64,000 nt of DNA from Acidobacteriota bacterium (GTDB taxonomy: Bacteria; Acidobacteriota; Vicinamibacteria; Vicinamibacterales; SCN-69-37): positions 41,560 to 105,559 of the forward strand of contig JBDTNQ010000002.1 of assembly GCA_039933635.1 (NCBI GenBank). The letters run 5' to 3'. Position numbers and translations under genes: made by a program. Below the pieces are notes generated by a model. The model was not told the DNA's origin. It worked only from the letters and a program-made list of their open reading frames with translations, and did no database searches. Shown here piece after piece: positions 19,078 through 27,941 of this stretch (the first letter of the stretch is position 1; every line of letters begins with the position of its first letter).

Positions 19078-21611
19078 TGCTCCATCTCGTCCTTGCAGCG
19101 CTGATCGTCGGCTACCTGCCTGGTGCACTGATCTTCCGGCTGCCCGGGCGTTCGCGGCCGCTCCGCGTCTCGCTCTCATTCGAGGAGCGGACGTTCTGGG
19201 CGCTGCTGCTGAGCGCGCTCTGGTCCGTGATGCTCGTCCTCGCACTGGGCGCCCTGAACCGCTACACGTTCGCGCGCCTCCTCACCATCAATGTCGTCGG
19301 CGCCGTCATCCTCGTCGCCGGACTGCGCGGCCGCCTCAGGTATCGCGATCAGGTCACACGCGTTTCATGGACGGCGCTCGTGCCGTTGACCATCGTGGCC
19401 GCGGGCATCTGGCTGTACTCACCGACGTCCGAATACATCATCGGCGGCAAGGATCCGGGCACCTATATCAACGAAGGCGTTCAGATTGCGCAGCGCGGCC
19501 AGGTCGTCATCCGCGATCCCGATGTTGCGGTCGTGCCGGCCCCCTATCGCGATCTGTTCTTTCCGTCACATCAGCAGACCACGTACTACGGTCTGCGGTT
19601 CATGGGCTTCTTCATCCAGGATCCCGACGCGGGCCGCGTCGTCGGCCAGTTCCCGCACTTCTATCCAGCTTCGATCGCGCTGGGTTATGCCCTCAATGGG
19701 TTGAGCGGTGCGCGCCAGACCGTGGTGTTCTGGACGATTCTCGCGGTACTGGCGGTGTACTTCGCCGGCCGGCGGATGTTTGGCCACGCGGTCGCCGCCG
19801 CAGCGGCGGTCCTGCTCGCGTTGAACGTCGTCGAGGTCTGGTTCGGGCGCTACCCGAATAGCGAAATGACGATGCAGGCGCTCATCTTCGCGGCGCTGCT
19901 GGCCGCGGGACGCGCGCGCGACGGCGGACGGGTCTTCTTCGGTGTCGTCGCAGGCGTCGTGCTGGGACTGTCGCTGTTTCTGCGCTACGAAATCCTGCTC
20001 GCATTTGCCGCGTTCGCCGCGGCCGGCGTGATGGCACCCGTGAGCGGCCGTCGACTCGGCGCGCCTTTTCAGGGGGCACTGGCCGTCACATCGCTCGCGG
20101 GCCTCTGGTACCTGGCCGGGCCCATGCGCGCCTACTTCGCCTATCCGCTCGACTTCGTGCATCAGCGCGGCGGCGTCCTGCTGGCCGTTGTCGGACTCGT
20201 GACGTCCGTCGCCGCACATTGGCTGCTGCGGCGTCCGACCGTGAACACCGCGGTGCGGCGCCTGCTCCCTGCGGCGCTGGCCATCGCGCTCGCCGCCTTG
20301 GCGGTGTACGCCTACTTCTTCAGGCAGATGGAAGGTCGCACGGCGCTCGGGGATGCCATGGCGTTCCGAACCTTCGGGTGGTATCTCACGCCGTGGGTCC
20401 TGGCGATCGCTGTTGCGGGCGCGGTCGTGATGATCGCCACGCGCTTCTGGCGCGATCCCGAGTTCTACCTGACCGTGGCCACGTTCAGCGTTTTCTTCTT
20501 CTACAAGACGCGGATCGTCGCCGAACACTTCTGGACGGCTCGTCGATTTCTCGGCGTGGCATTACCCAGCGCGCTGCTGCTCGCCATGGCCGGGATTCGA
20601 TGGGCATCGGGCGGCACCGCGACCACACAACCTGCTGATGCGTCTGCCGCACGAGATGCGAGATCACGACCTCGGTGGCGCGAAGTGACGAGTCTCACGG
20701 TCGTGACCATCGTCGCGATTGGCATCGGTGTGTCGTTCTGGCGCGCCGCGACGCCTGTGCGTCGTCACGTCGAGTACGCGGGTCTGATTCCGAAGCTCGA
20801 ACAACTCGCGGCCCGCGTGGGCGATCGCGATCTAGTGCTCGTGGAATCGCGAAATGCTGGATCCGATCTTCACGTGCTCGCCATGCCGCTCGCGTACATC
20901 TACAGCCGTCACGTCTTGGTGCTCGACTCGGTCGTGCCGGCGCGCGCGCCCTTCGAGGGCTTCATCGCATGGGCAACGACGAAATACGAACACGTGTATT
21001 TTCTGGGCGGCGGCGGCACCGACCTGCTCACGAAGGACATCAGCGCCCTGCCCGTGGCGGGCGATCGCTTCCAGGTCGATGAATACGACGCACCGATGAA
21101 TGCGTATCCGTCGGGTGCGCGTCGCAAGGAATTCGAGTACGGCCTCTACGAATTGATGCCGGCCCGCCAGGTCACGCCGGCGACGATTGACCTGCAGATC
21201 GGCGGGCTCGACGATCTCAACGTCGTGCGCTTCCACGCGCGCGAACGGCGCGCCGACACCGGGCTGAAATACCGCTGGAGCGGCGGTCAGTCGTTCGTGA
21301 TTCTGCTGGGCTTGCCGGCGGATGCCCGGGAACTCATCGTCTGGATGAGCTCGGGCGGACGCCCGGCGCAGGCGCCGCCGCCCGTGGTGCAGTTCGCCCT
21401 CGATGATGAGGACATCGGTCAGGCGACGGCCGGCGAGGACGTCCAGCCCCACGTGCTGACGCTGCCAGCCGGACTGGCGGCACGGCTGGCCGCGAAGAAC
21501 GATTCGACGCGACTGCGACTGCGTGTGCCCACCTGGAACCCTGGCGCGCTGCTCGGCGTGAACGACACACGCGACCTCGGGGTCATCGTGACGCGCGTCC
21601 AAGTCCGGTAA
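19077..21611 (+). CDS. large GT-C-like membrane glycosyltransferase with a C-terminal soluble (periplasmic) domain
   Basis: About 844 aa. N-terminal two-thirds are multi-TM, with loop motif IIGGKDPGTYINEGVQIAQRG. The C-terminal ~280 aa are hydrophilic. TGATG coupling to the aminotransferase gene. Confidence 0.6.
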   Translation: MLHLVLAALIVGYLPGALIFRLPGRSRPLRVSLSFEERTFWALLLSALWSVMLVLALGALNRYTFARLLTINVVGAVILVAGLRGRLRYRDQVTRVSWTALVPLTIVAAGIWLYSPTSEYIIGGKDPGTYINEGVQIAQRGQVVIRDPDVAVVPAPYRDLFFPSHQQTTYYGLRFMGFFIQDPDAGRVVGQFPHFYPASIALGYALNGLSGARQTVVFWTILAVLAVYFAGRRMFGHAVAAAAAVLLALNVVEVWFGRYPNSEMTMQALIFAALLAAGRARDGGRVFFGVVAGVVLGLSLFLRYEILLAFAAFAAAGVMAPVSGRRLGAPFQGALAVTSLAGLWYLAGPMRAYFAYPLDFVHQRGGVLLAVVGLVTSVAAHWLLRRPTVNTAVRRLLPAALAIALAALAVYAYFFRQMEGRTALGDAMAFRTFGWYLTPWVLAIAVAGAVVMIATRFWRDPEFYLTVATFSVFFFYKTRIVAEHFWTARRFLGVALPSALLLAMAGIRWASGGTATTQPADASAARDARSRPRWREVTSLTVVTIVAIGIGVSFWRAATPVRRHVEYAGLIPKLEQLAARVGDRDLVLVESRNAGSDLHVLAMPLAYIYSRHVLVLDSVVPARAPFEGFIAWATTKYEHVYFLGGGGTDLLTKDISALPVAGDRFQVDEYDAPMNAYPSGARRKEFEYGLYELMPARQVTPATIDLQIGGLDDLNVVRFHARERRADTGLKYRWSGGQSFVILLGLPADARELIVWMSSGGRPAQAPPPVVQFALDDEDIGQATAGEDVQPHVLTLPAGLAARLAAKNDSTRLRLRVPTWNPGALLGVNDTRDLGVIVTRVQVR

Positions 21612-21630
21612 CATCCGGACTGGCCGAGCG

Positions 21631-22983
21631 ATGATCCGATCCCTGCTTTCCCTCCGCGTGGACCGCGCCATCATGGTCGTGGGCGCCTGCCTCGTGGTGG
21701 CGTACCTCGCCGCGATGACGGTGATGCGCAAACCCGATGGCCGTGTCGTGTTCGGTGATGCGACGCATCATTTCGTCCAGTTGCGATCGATCGTGTTCGA
21801 TCGCGATCTCGACTTCCGAAACGAATACATCCGCCTCTACGGTCTACAAGGCGAGGTGCCGGGGACGGAATGGATCTACACGGACCTTACGAGCACCGGG
21901 CATGTGCGGAACTACATGCCTGTCGGACCCGCATTGCTGTGGGCGCCGCTCTACATCCTGGTGGCGGCGATCCAGACGATGCTCAGCTGGGTCGGGGTTG
22001 CAGCGAAGCCGGATGGCTTCGATCGCGCGCTGCAACTGGTCCCCGGCATTACGGGCATTCTCGCGGCCACGATGGCGGCCTGGCTCGCATGGCGCATCGC
22101 GCTCAGCCGGACGAGTTCGCGAGCGGCGGGCACAGCCGTCTTCGGCGTCTGGCTCGGATCGCACGCGCTCTACTACTCGCTGGCGTCCCCGTCTTACTCG
22201 CACACGGCGTCCATGCTCATGACGTCGATCTTTCTGGCCAGCTGGCTCTCGACGCGTGGCAACGTCAGCATCGCGCGTCTGGCCTGGTGGGGCGCGCTCT
22301 GTGGTTTCGCGGCCCTGATGCGCTGGCAGGATGCATTGTTCATGGCCGTTCCGCTTATCGAAGCGGCACGCTGGACGGCGCCTCTGGGGAGGCGAGTCGC
22401 CGGAGCGATGGCGGCGGGCGTGGGTTTCGTGCTCGCGTTTTCGCCGCAAATGGTCGTATGGACCGTGCTGTACGGACAGCCGCTGGCGCTGCCCCAGGGG
22501 CCATCATTCATGCACTGGACGGACCCGCATCCGTTTCTGCTGCTGTTCTCAGATAGTCACGGCCTCTTCACCTGGGCGCCGATTCTCGTGCCTGCTGCGA
22601 TCGGCCTGATCGTGTGGCTCCGGCGCGAACCGGCCGTCGCGCTGCCCATCACGGTCGTCCTGCTGGCGTCCTGGTACACCAACGCGGCCGTGGCCGACTG
22701 GTGGGCTGGCGAGGCCTTCGGCGCGCGCCGCTTCCTGTCGTTGTTTCCACTGTTCGTCGTCGGATTGGCGGTCTGGCTGCAGCCGCGCGCCTCGGAGGGC
22801 GTCCGATCGTGGCGGTTGGCCGTGGTGGGCGTTCTCGGCGTGATGAATGCGTTGCTGCTGCTACAGTACGAACTCGTCATGAAAGGGTTGTTGCGGATCG
22901 CGCCGTACCCCTACGGCTGGTACGACATGTGGTTCGCGCGCTTCGCGGTGCCCATCCGCCTCCTCCGGGAGTGGCTGTCGTGA
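21631..22983 (+). CDS. multi-pass membrane protein, GT-C-like
   Basis: 450 aa and strongly hydrophobic. First-loop motif FGDATHHFVQLRSIVFDRDLDFRNEY. Confidence 0.5.
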   Translation: MIRSLLSLRVDRAIMVVGACLVVAYLAAMTVMRKPDGRVVFGDATHHFVQLRSIVFDRDLDFRNEYIRLYGLQGEVPGTEWIYTDLTSTGHVRNYMPVGPALLWAPLYILVAAIQTMLSWVGVAAKPDGFDRALQLVPGITGILAATMAAWLAWRIALSRTSSRAAGTAVFGVWLGSHALYYSLASPSYSHTASMLMTSIFLASWLSTRGNVSIARLAWWGALCGFAALMRWQDALFMAVPLIEAARWTAPLGRRVAGAMAAGVGFVLAFSPQMVVWTVLYGQPLALPQGPSFMHWTDPHPFLLLFSDSHGLFTWAPILVPAAIGLIVWLRREPAVALPITVVLLASWYTNAAVADWWAGEAFGARRFLSLFPLFVVGLAVWLQPRASEGVRSWRLAVVGVLGVMNALLLLQYELVMKGLLRIAPYPYGWYDMWFARFAVPIRLLREWLS

Positions 22984-24161
22984 GCGGACTCCAGATCTAC
23001 GAACCTCGTGAGCGCGCTGCCGTGCGGTTGGCCGATTTGCTGATTGCACCGCTACGGTTCGCGCCACGACGACCGCGACGCGACCGCGACGAGCGCGTGC
23101 TGTTGCTTCGTCTCGAACGCATCGGCGATTTGCTCATGACGCTGGAAGCCATTCGCGATGCGCGCCGCGCCTGGCCAGATGCCCAGATCGATCTGGCCGT
23201 CGGAACGTGGAACGAACCGCTGGCCAGGCTGATTGGCGACGTCACCTCCGTGGTCGTGGCCGACGGACCCTGGCTCGCGCGTGGCGATCGATCCGCGACC
23301 TGGCCACGACTCGTGGCCGCGGCCCGCGGCTGGCGCAACCGGCGCTACGACGTCGTCGTCAACATCGAGCCGGACATCCGCAGTAACTGGCTGGCCTGGA
23401 TGACTGGGGCGCCGGTCCGGGTCGGATATCGGACCGGTGGCGGCGGCGCGTTCCTGACCGACGCAACCGACTACGATCCATCCCGCCACGTCTCCGAGAA
23501 CGCGCGCGAAATCGTGGCACGCGCTGCGGGACGCGCGGTGCCGGTCGCTGAGACGGACCGACCGCGTCTCATCGTTCCCGCGGACGCGGTGGCGCGCGCA
23601 AAAACCATTCTCGAAGGCGCCGACGGGCCGGTCGTCGGCATCCACGCCGCCGGCGGCCGTCAGTCGAAGCAGTGGCATCTGGATCGCTTCGCCGAGGTGG
23701 GCCGCACGCTCATCGACTCACGCGGGGCGACGATCGTGCTGACGGGCGGCTCGAATGACGCCGACCAGGTTGAAGAGGTCGCGCGCCGCATCGGCCGCCC
23801 TGGCGTGGTACGCGCTGACGACGCGCTGGATCTCCCGACAACGGCCGCCCTGCTGACGTCGCTGGATCTGTTCATCTCCAGCGACACCGGCCCGATGCAC
23901 CTGGCGGCCGCGGTCGGCACCCCGGTGGTCGCGCTCTTCGGGCCCTCGGAACCGAAGCGATACGGTCCGCGGGCCGTCACGGAGCACATCCTGCGCGTGG
24001 ATCTCCCGTGCAGTCCGTGCGGGCAGGTCCGCCTCCCGCCAGTGAGATGCCGTGGGCACGTGCCGGACTGCATGGACGGCATTACCGCCGCGGCCGTGAT
24101 CGCGCGCGCGCTCGACGTCATCGACGCGCACCTCCACATCGTCCGGCCAGAGCCCGCATGA
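22980..24161 (+). CDS. GT9-family glycosyltransferase (heptosyltransferase-like)
   Basis: RVLLLRLERIGDLLMTLEAIRDARRAWP, DTGPMHLAAAVGTPVVALFGPS and a Cys-rich CSPCG...C...PDCM motif. GTGA overlap start; trimmed from ORF 22614. Confidence 0.8.
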   Translation: MSGLQIYEPRERAAVRLADLLIAPLRFAPRRPRRDRDERVLLLRLERIGDLLMTLEAIRDARRAWPDAQIDLAVGTWNEPLARLIGDVTSVVVADGPWLARGDRSATWPRLVAAARGWRNRRYDVVVNIEPDIRSNWLAWMTGAPVRVGYRTGGGGAFLTDATDYDPSRHVSENAREIVARAAGRAVPVAETDRPRLIVPADAVARAKTILEGADGPVVGIHAAGGRQSKQWHLDRFAEVGRTLIDSRGATIVLTGGSNDADQVEEVARRIGRPGVVRADDALDLPTTAALLTSLDLFISSDTGPMHLAAAVGTPVVALFGPSEPKRYGPRAVTEHILRVDLPCSPCGQVRLPPVRCRGHVPDCMDGITAAAVIARALDVIDAHLHIVRPEPA

Positions 24162-25960
24162 TGGACGGGGCGCTGACGTGCGTCGGCATCTCTGGCGCCA
24201 CGGAACGGTCGTTACTGGCGGACTGGCTCTCGCCAGCGCTCCGCGAGCAGGTCCGTGAGGACGCCTACGCCTTCATCAAGCGCCTGCGGCACGTTACCGT
24301 CGACGGGATGCCGATGCGCGCGCGGTTCACGTTTCGCGACGACTCGCTTTGGTGGTTCACGGAGATCTACCTCCACAAGATGCGGCGCATCGAGACGGCG
24401 ATCGCCACGTTGCTCGCCCTTGACGCGGCGTGCCGGCACCACGATCCGGCGCGGCTGTCCGTCACGACGACCGACGCAACGGTCGGCGTTGCCGCGCGGG
24501 CCTTTGCGGCCGCGGCGCGGCAGCCTATCGACATCGTGGCGTCGCCCACCGCGCGCTCTCGTCCGCGCTGGACGTCGTTCCTGATCGGCGCGACCGCTCA
24601 GGCGTCGCGCCTGCGTCCGCAGCGGCACGTCACCGTGCCGGCGCACACCCGCGTCGCGGCCTTCGTCCACACGGCGTTTTGGCGCCGGCGGTCGGCGCCG
24701 GATCTGATTGGAGAGGAGCACTACATCGGCCCCGTGCTTCACGCGCTCGCCGCGAAGACCGCCGCCGGCGTGACGTGCGTCGGCGTCGGCCCGCGCCGAA
24801 CCTTTCGCGCCAGACGATGGTGGGACACGCTGACTCCCGGCGAGCCAACCGTGTTGCCCATCGAGCACCTGGCGCCGCGCCATGCGATCCGTGACGCGCT
24901 CGCGTTCTGGCGACGGCGCGAGCAGTACGCGCGCGAGGTTGTCGCAGGCGACGCGGTGCGCGCGGCAGGCCTCTACGGCCAGTGGGACCTGTGGCCTATT
25001 CTGCGCGCGGAGCTCGAGGAGACTGCCCGCGTGCAGTGGCCCTGGTCGGTGCGCGCGATGGACGAAGCCGGCGCCGCGCTCGACACGCTGAAACCCGGTG
25101 TCGTCGTGACCTATGCCGAAGCCGGTGGGGGCGGCCGCGCGCTCATGCTGGAAGCCCGGCGCCGCCACATCCCCTCAGTGGGACTGCAACACGGGTTCAT
25201 CTACCGGCACTGGCTGAACTACCGCCATGAGCGGGACGAGATGTCGGCGTCGGGGTCTGACTGCGGGTTTCCTCGACCAGACCTCACCTTGCTCTTCGAC
25301 GGGTACGCGGCTGCGCATCTCCGGTCAGCGGGCGCGTTTCCACCCGAGTCCCTGGCCATCACTGGTAGTCCGCGGCTCGACGAACTCGCGGAGCGCGTGA
25401 GTTCGGCCGTGCCGGATCGGGCCCAGATGAGAACAGAGGCCGCGGTTGGGCCCGAAGGCAAGCTCATCGTGTTCGCCGCGAAGTTCACCGAGATCGGCGA
25501 CCAGCTCGGGGCCTTCTTCGATGCCGCGCTCTCATGCCCCGACGTCGTCGTAGTGGTCAAGCCCCATCCGGCGGATCGCGCGGAGGACTACGCGCGCGTG
25601 GCCGCCGGCCGCGCGGGCATTCGCGTCGCCGCGCCCGACGCGGACCTCGGCCGGTTGCTGGCCGCCGCCGATGCGGTCGCGACGATGAACTCCACCGTGG
25701 CGCTCGATGCGATGGTGCTGGGGGTACCGGCCGTCGTCATCGGTCTGCCGAACAACCTCACGCCGTTCGTCGAGGCCGGAGTCATGTTCGGCGCCGATCG
25801 CACCTCCCTCGGGGCAGTCCTGCGAGCACTCCTATATGATCGGCGGGCGCGCGACGACTGGCGTCAGCGGGCTCGGGACTACGCGGCACGGTACGACATG
25901 CGCGCGGACGGCCAGGCCGCGGCGCGGGCGGCGGACGCCATATTGAGGGTGAGTCGATGA
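24158..25960 (+). CDS. hypothetical 600-aa protein. The C-terminal half may be GT-B-like (capsule-synthesis or glycerophosphotransferase-like), unverified.
   Basis: ATGA coupling on both sides. The C-terminal pattern VVVKPHP...AVATMNSTVALDAMVLGVPAVVIG resembles the nucleotide-sugar-binding half of GT-B enzymes. No firm family recognised. Confidence 0.4.
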   Translation: MMDGALTCVGISGATERSLLADWLSPALREQVREDAYAFIKRLRHVTVDGMPMRARFTFRDDSLWWFTEIYLHKMRRIETAIATLLALDAACRHHDPARLSVTTTDATVGVAARAFAAAARQPIDIVASPTARSRPRWTSFLIGATAQASRLRPQRHVTVPAHTRVAAFVHTAFWRRRSAPDLIGEEHYIGPVLHALAAKTAAGVTCVGVGPRRTFRARRWWDTLTPGEPTVLPIEHLAPRHAIRDALAFWRRREQYAREVVAGDAVRAAGLYGQWDLWPILRAELEETARVQWPWSVRAMDEAGAALDTLKPGVVVTYAEAGGGGRALMLEARRRHIPSVGLQHGFIYRHWLNYRHERDEMSASGSDCGFPRPDLTLLFDGYAAAHLRSAGAFPPESLAITGSPRLDELAERVSSAVPDRAQMRTEAAVGPEGKLIVFAAKFTEIGDQLGAFFDAALSCPDVVVVVKPHPADRAEDYARVAAGRAGIRVAAPDADLGRLLAAADAVATMNSTVALDAMVLGVPAVVIGLPNNLTPFVEAGVMFGADRTSLGAVLRALLYDRRARDDWRQRARDYAARYDMRADGQAAARAADAILRVSR

Positions 25961-26940
25961 GAGTTCTGTTGACCGGCGGCGCGGGGTTCGTCGGGGGCCA
26001 CCTGGCCGAGCGATTGCTGGATCTCGGTCACGAGGTCATGGTGATCGACGATCTCTCGACCGGATCGATGGACAATATTGTCCACCTCAAGACGCGCGCC
26101 GGATTCGAGTACGTGATCGATTCGATCATGAACGACCGGCTCACCGCCGAATTGGTCGATCGCGCGGACGTCATCTTCCATCTCGCCGCCGCCGTCGGCG
26201 TGAAGCTCATCGTGGAAGCACCGGTGCGCACGATCGAGACGAATGTGCACGGCACGGAGATCGTCCTGACGCACGCGAGCAAGAAGGGCAAGCTCGTCGT
26301 GATCTTCTCGACGTCGGAGGTCTACGGCAAGAGCACCGACGTGCCCTTCCGCGAAGACTCCGACCTCGTGATGGGACCGACGTTCAAGCATCGATGGGCG
26401 TACGCGTGCAGCAAGGCGCTCGACGAGTTCCTGGCGCTCGCCTATTACCGCGAGCGCGACCTGCCCGTCATCGTCCTGCGACTGTTCAACACCGTCGGTC
26501 CGCGCCAGACAGGACGATACGGGATGGTCATCCCGACATTCGTCCGGCAGGCCCTGACCGGACAGCCCATCACGGTGTACGGCGACGGCCAACAGAGACG
26601 GTCCTTCACGTATGTTGGGGACGTCGTCGAAGCCATCACGAGGCTGGTGGTCGAACCGGCGGCGATTGGGCAGGTGTTCAACATCGGGAACGTCGAGGAA
26701 ATCTCCATCCTCGCGCTCGCCGAACGCATTCGATCGATGGCGGGCAGCCGTTCGGAGATCGTGCTCGTGCCCTACGAGGAAGCCTACGACGCGGGATTCG
26801 AGGACATGCCCCGCCGCGTGCCGTCGCTCGACAAGATTCACCGGCTGGTCGGGTACCGGCCTACCGTCGATCTCGAGGAAATCCTCGCCCGGGTCATTGC
26901 CCACGAACGGGCGGGCGCGGCCCTGGCGAATCGGGGATAA
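25957..26940 (+). CDS. extended-SDR NAD-dependent epimerase/dehydratase (UDP-glucuronate decarboxylase/UXS-like)
   Basis: VLLTGGAGFVGGHLAERLL, and canonical YxxxK in WAYACSKALDE. Confidence 0.8.
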   Translation: MRVLLTGGAGFVGGHLAERLLDLGHEVMVIDDLSTGSMDNIVHLKTRAGFEYVIDSIMNDRLTAELVDRADVIFHLAAAVGVKLIVEAPVRTIETNVHGTEIVLTHASKKGKLVVIFSTSEVYGKSTDVPFREDSDLVMGPTFKHRWAYACSKALDEFLALAYYRERDLPVIVLRLFNTVGPRQTGRYGMVIPTFVRQALTGQPITVYGDGQQRRSFTYVGDVVEAITRLVVEPAAIGQVFNIGNVEEISILALAERIRSMAGSRSEIVLVPYEEAYDAGFEDMPRRVPSLDKIHRLVGYRPTVDLEEILARVIAHERAGAALANRG

Positions 26941-26952
26941 TCAGAACTACCT

Positions 26953-27900
26953 GTGGCTGTTACCAGGCACGCCCGGCGGGTCGCTGAGCGGCTTCTCTCC
27001 AGCAATGCCAAGTCGGTTCGACGACTGATGCTCGCGACGGGACGCGAACGCGCCACCCGTCTGCCCGACATCGTCCAGATCGAGAGCACCAACCTCTGCA
27101 ACGCCAAGTGCGTGTTCTGTCCGCGCGACGAAATGCACCGGCGGCAGGGGGTGATGGACTTCGATCTGTTCCGCAAGATCGTCGATGAGTGCGCCGCACT
27201 GGGCATCACCCACGTGCGTGTCCACAATTACGGCGAGCCGTTTCTCGACAAGCAGCTCGTGGACAAGGTGCGCTACGCGAAGTCGAAAGGCATCGCCGAA
27301 GTCGGGATGATCAGCAACGGATCCCTCATCACCGAGGAGATCGCGCGCGGCATGGTCGAGGCTGGCCTGGACGCCATCAACATCAGCGTGGATGCCGCGG
27401 GCAAAGAGGTCTTCGAGCGGACGCGGCTCAATCTCGAGTACGACACGGTGATCGGCAACGTCCGAAATCTGGTGCGCATCCGCGCGGAACTGGGGCGCAC
27501 GCGTCCGCGGCTGATTCTGTCGTTCGTGCGGCAGGACAACTCGGCTGACGAACAGGCCTTCATCCACGAGTGGTCCAAGGTCGCCGACAAGATCCACATT
27601 ACCGACCTGCACAACTGGGCTGGGACCTTGAACACGCAATCGGACGTGCGGTACCCCTGTTACCGGCTCTGGCAGACGTTTACGGTCCTGTGGGATGGAC
27701 GAGTGTCGCTGTGCTGTGCGGACTTCGACGGCCGCAACGTGCTCGGGGACCTCCGGACCTCCACCATCGCCCAGGTCTGGAATTCGAAGCCCTACCTGGC
27801 CGTCCGGCGCCAGCACCTCGAGAGCGGTGGCCCGGAGATCTGCCGATCGTGCGATTTGCCCAAGAAAGACTCTCCTCTCTGGGTTACAAGACTGATCTGA
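26953..27900 (+). CDS. radical SAM protein with a C-terminal Cys-rich SPASM/twitch-like domain
   Basis: CxxxCxxC motif in ESTNLCNAKCVFCPRD. C-terminal cysteines VSLCCADFDG...EICRSCDL. Confidence 0.8.
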   Translation: MAVTRHARRVAERLLSSNAKSVRRLMLATGRERATRLPDIVQIESTNLCNAKCVFCPRDEMHRRQGVMDFDLFRKIVDECAALGITHVRVHNYGEPFLDKQLVDKVRYAKSKGIAEVGMISNGSLITEEIARGMVEAGLDAINISVDAAGKEVFERTRLNLEYDTVIGNVRNLVRIRAELGRTRPRLILSFVRQDNSADEQAFIHEWSKVADKIHITDLHNWAGTLNTQSDVRYPCYRLWQTFTVLWDGRVSLCCADFDGRNVLGDLRTSTIAQVWNSKPYLAVRRQHLESGGPEICRSCDLPKKDSPLWVTRLI

Positions 27901-27941
27901 AAGGTCAGTCGTCCTACCCGCTATACTCAAGAGTCCCTGCG

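Noticed and set aside
27889-27927. Small hairpin gactga/tcagtc after the radical SAM stop codon, and TATACT at 27922-27927 upstream of the secreted-protein gene, considered as a terminator/promoter pair
   Set aside because: The stem is 6 bp without a T tract. The hexamer lies 15 nt from the ATG, with no -35. This is too weak to call, and read-through from the operon is the simpler explanation.
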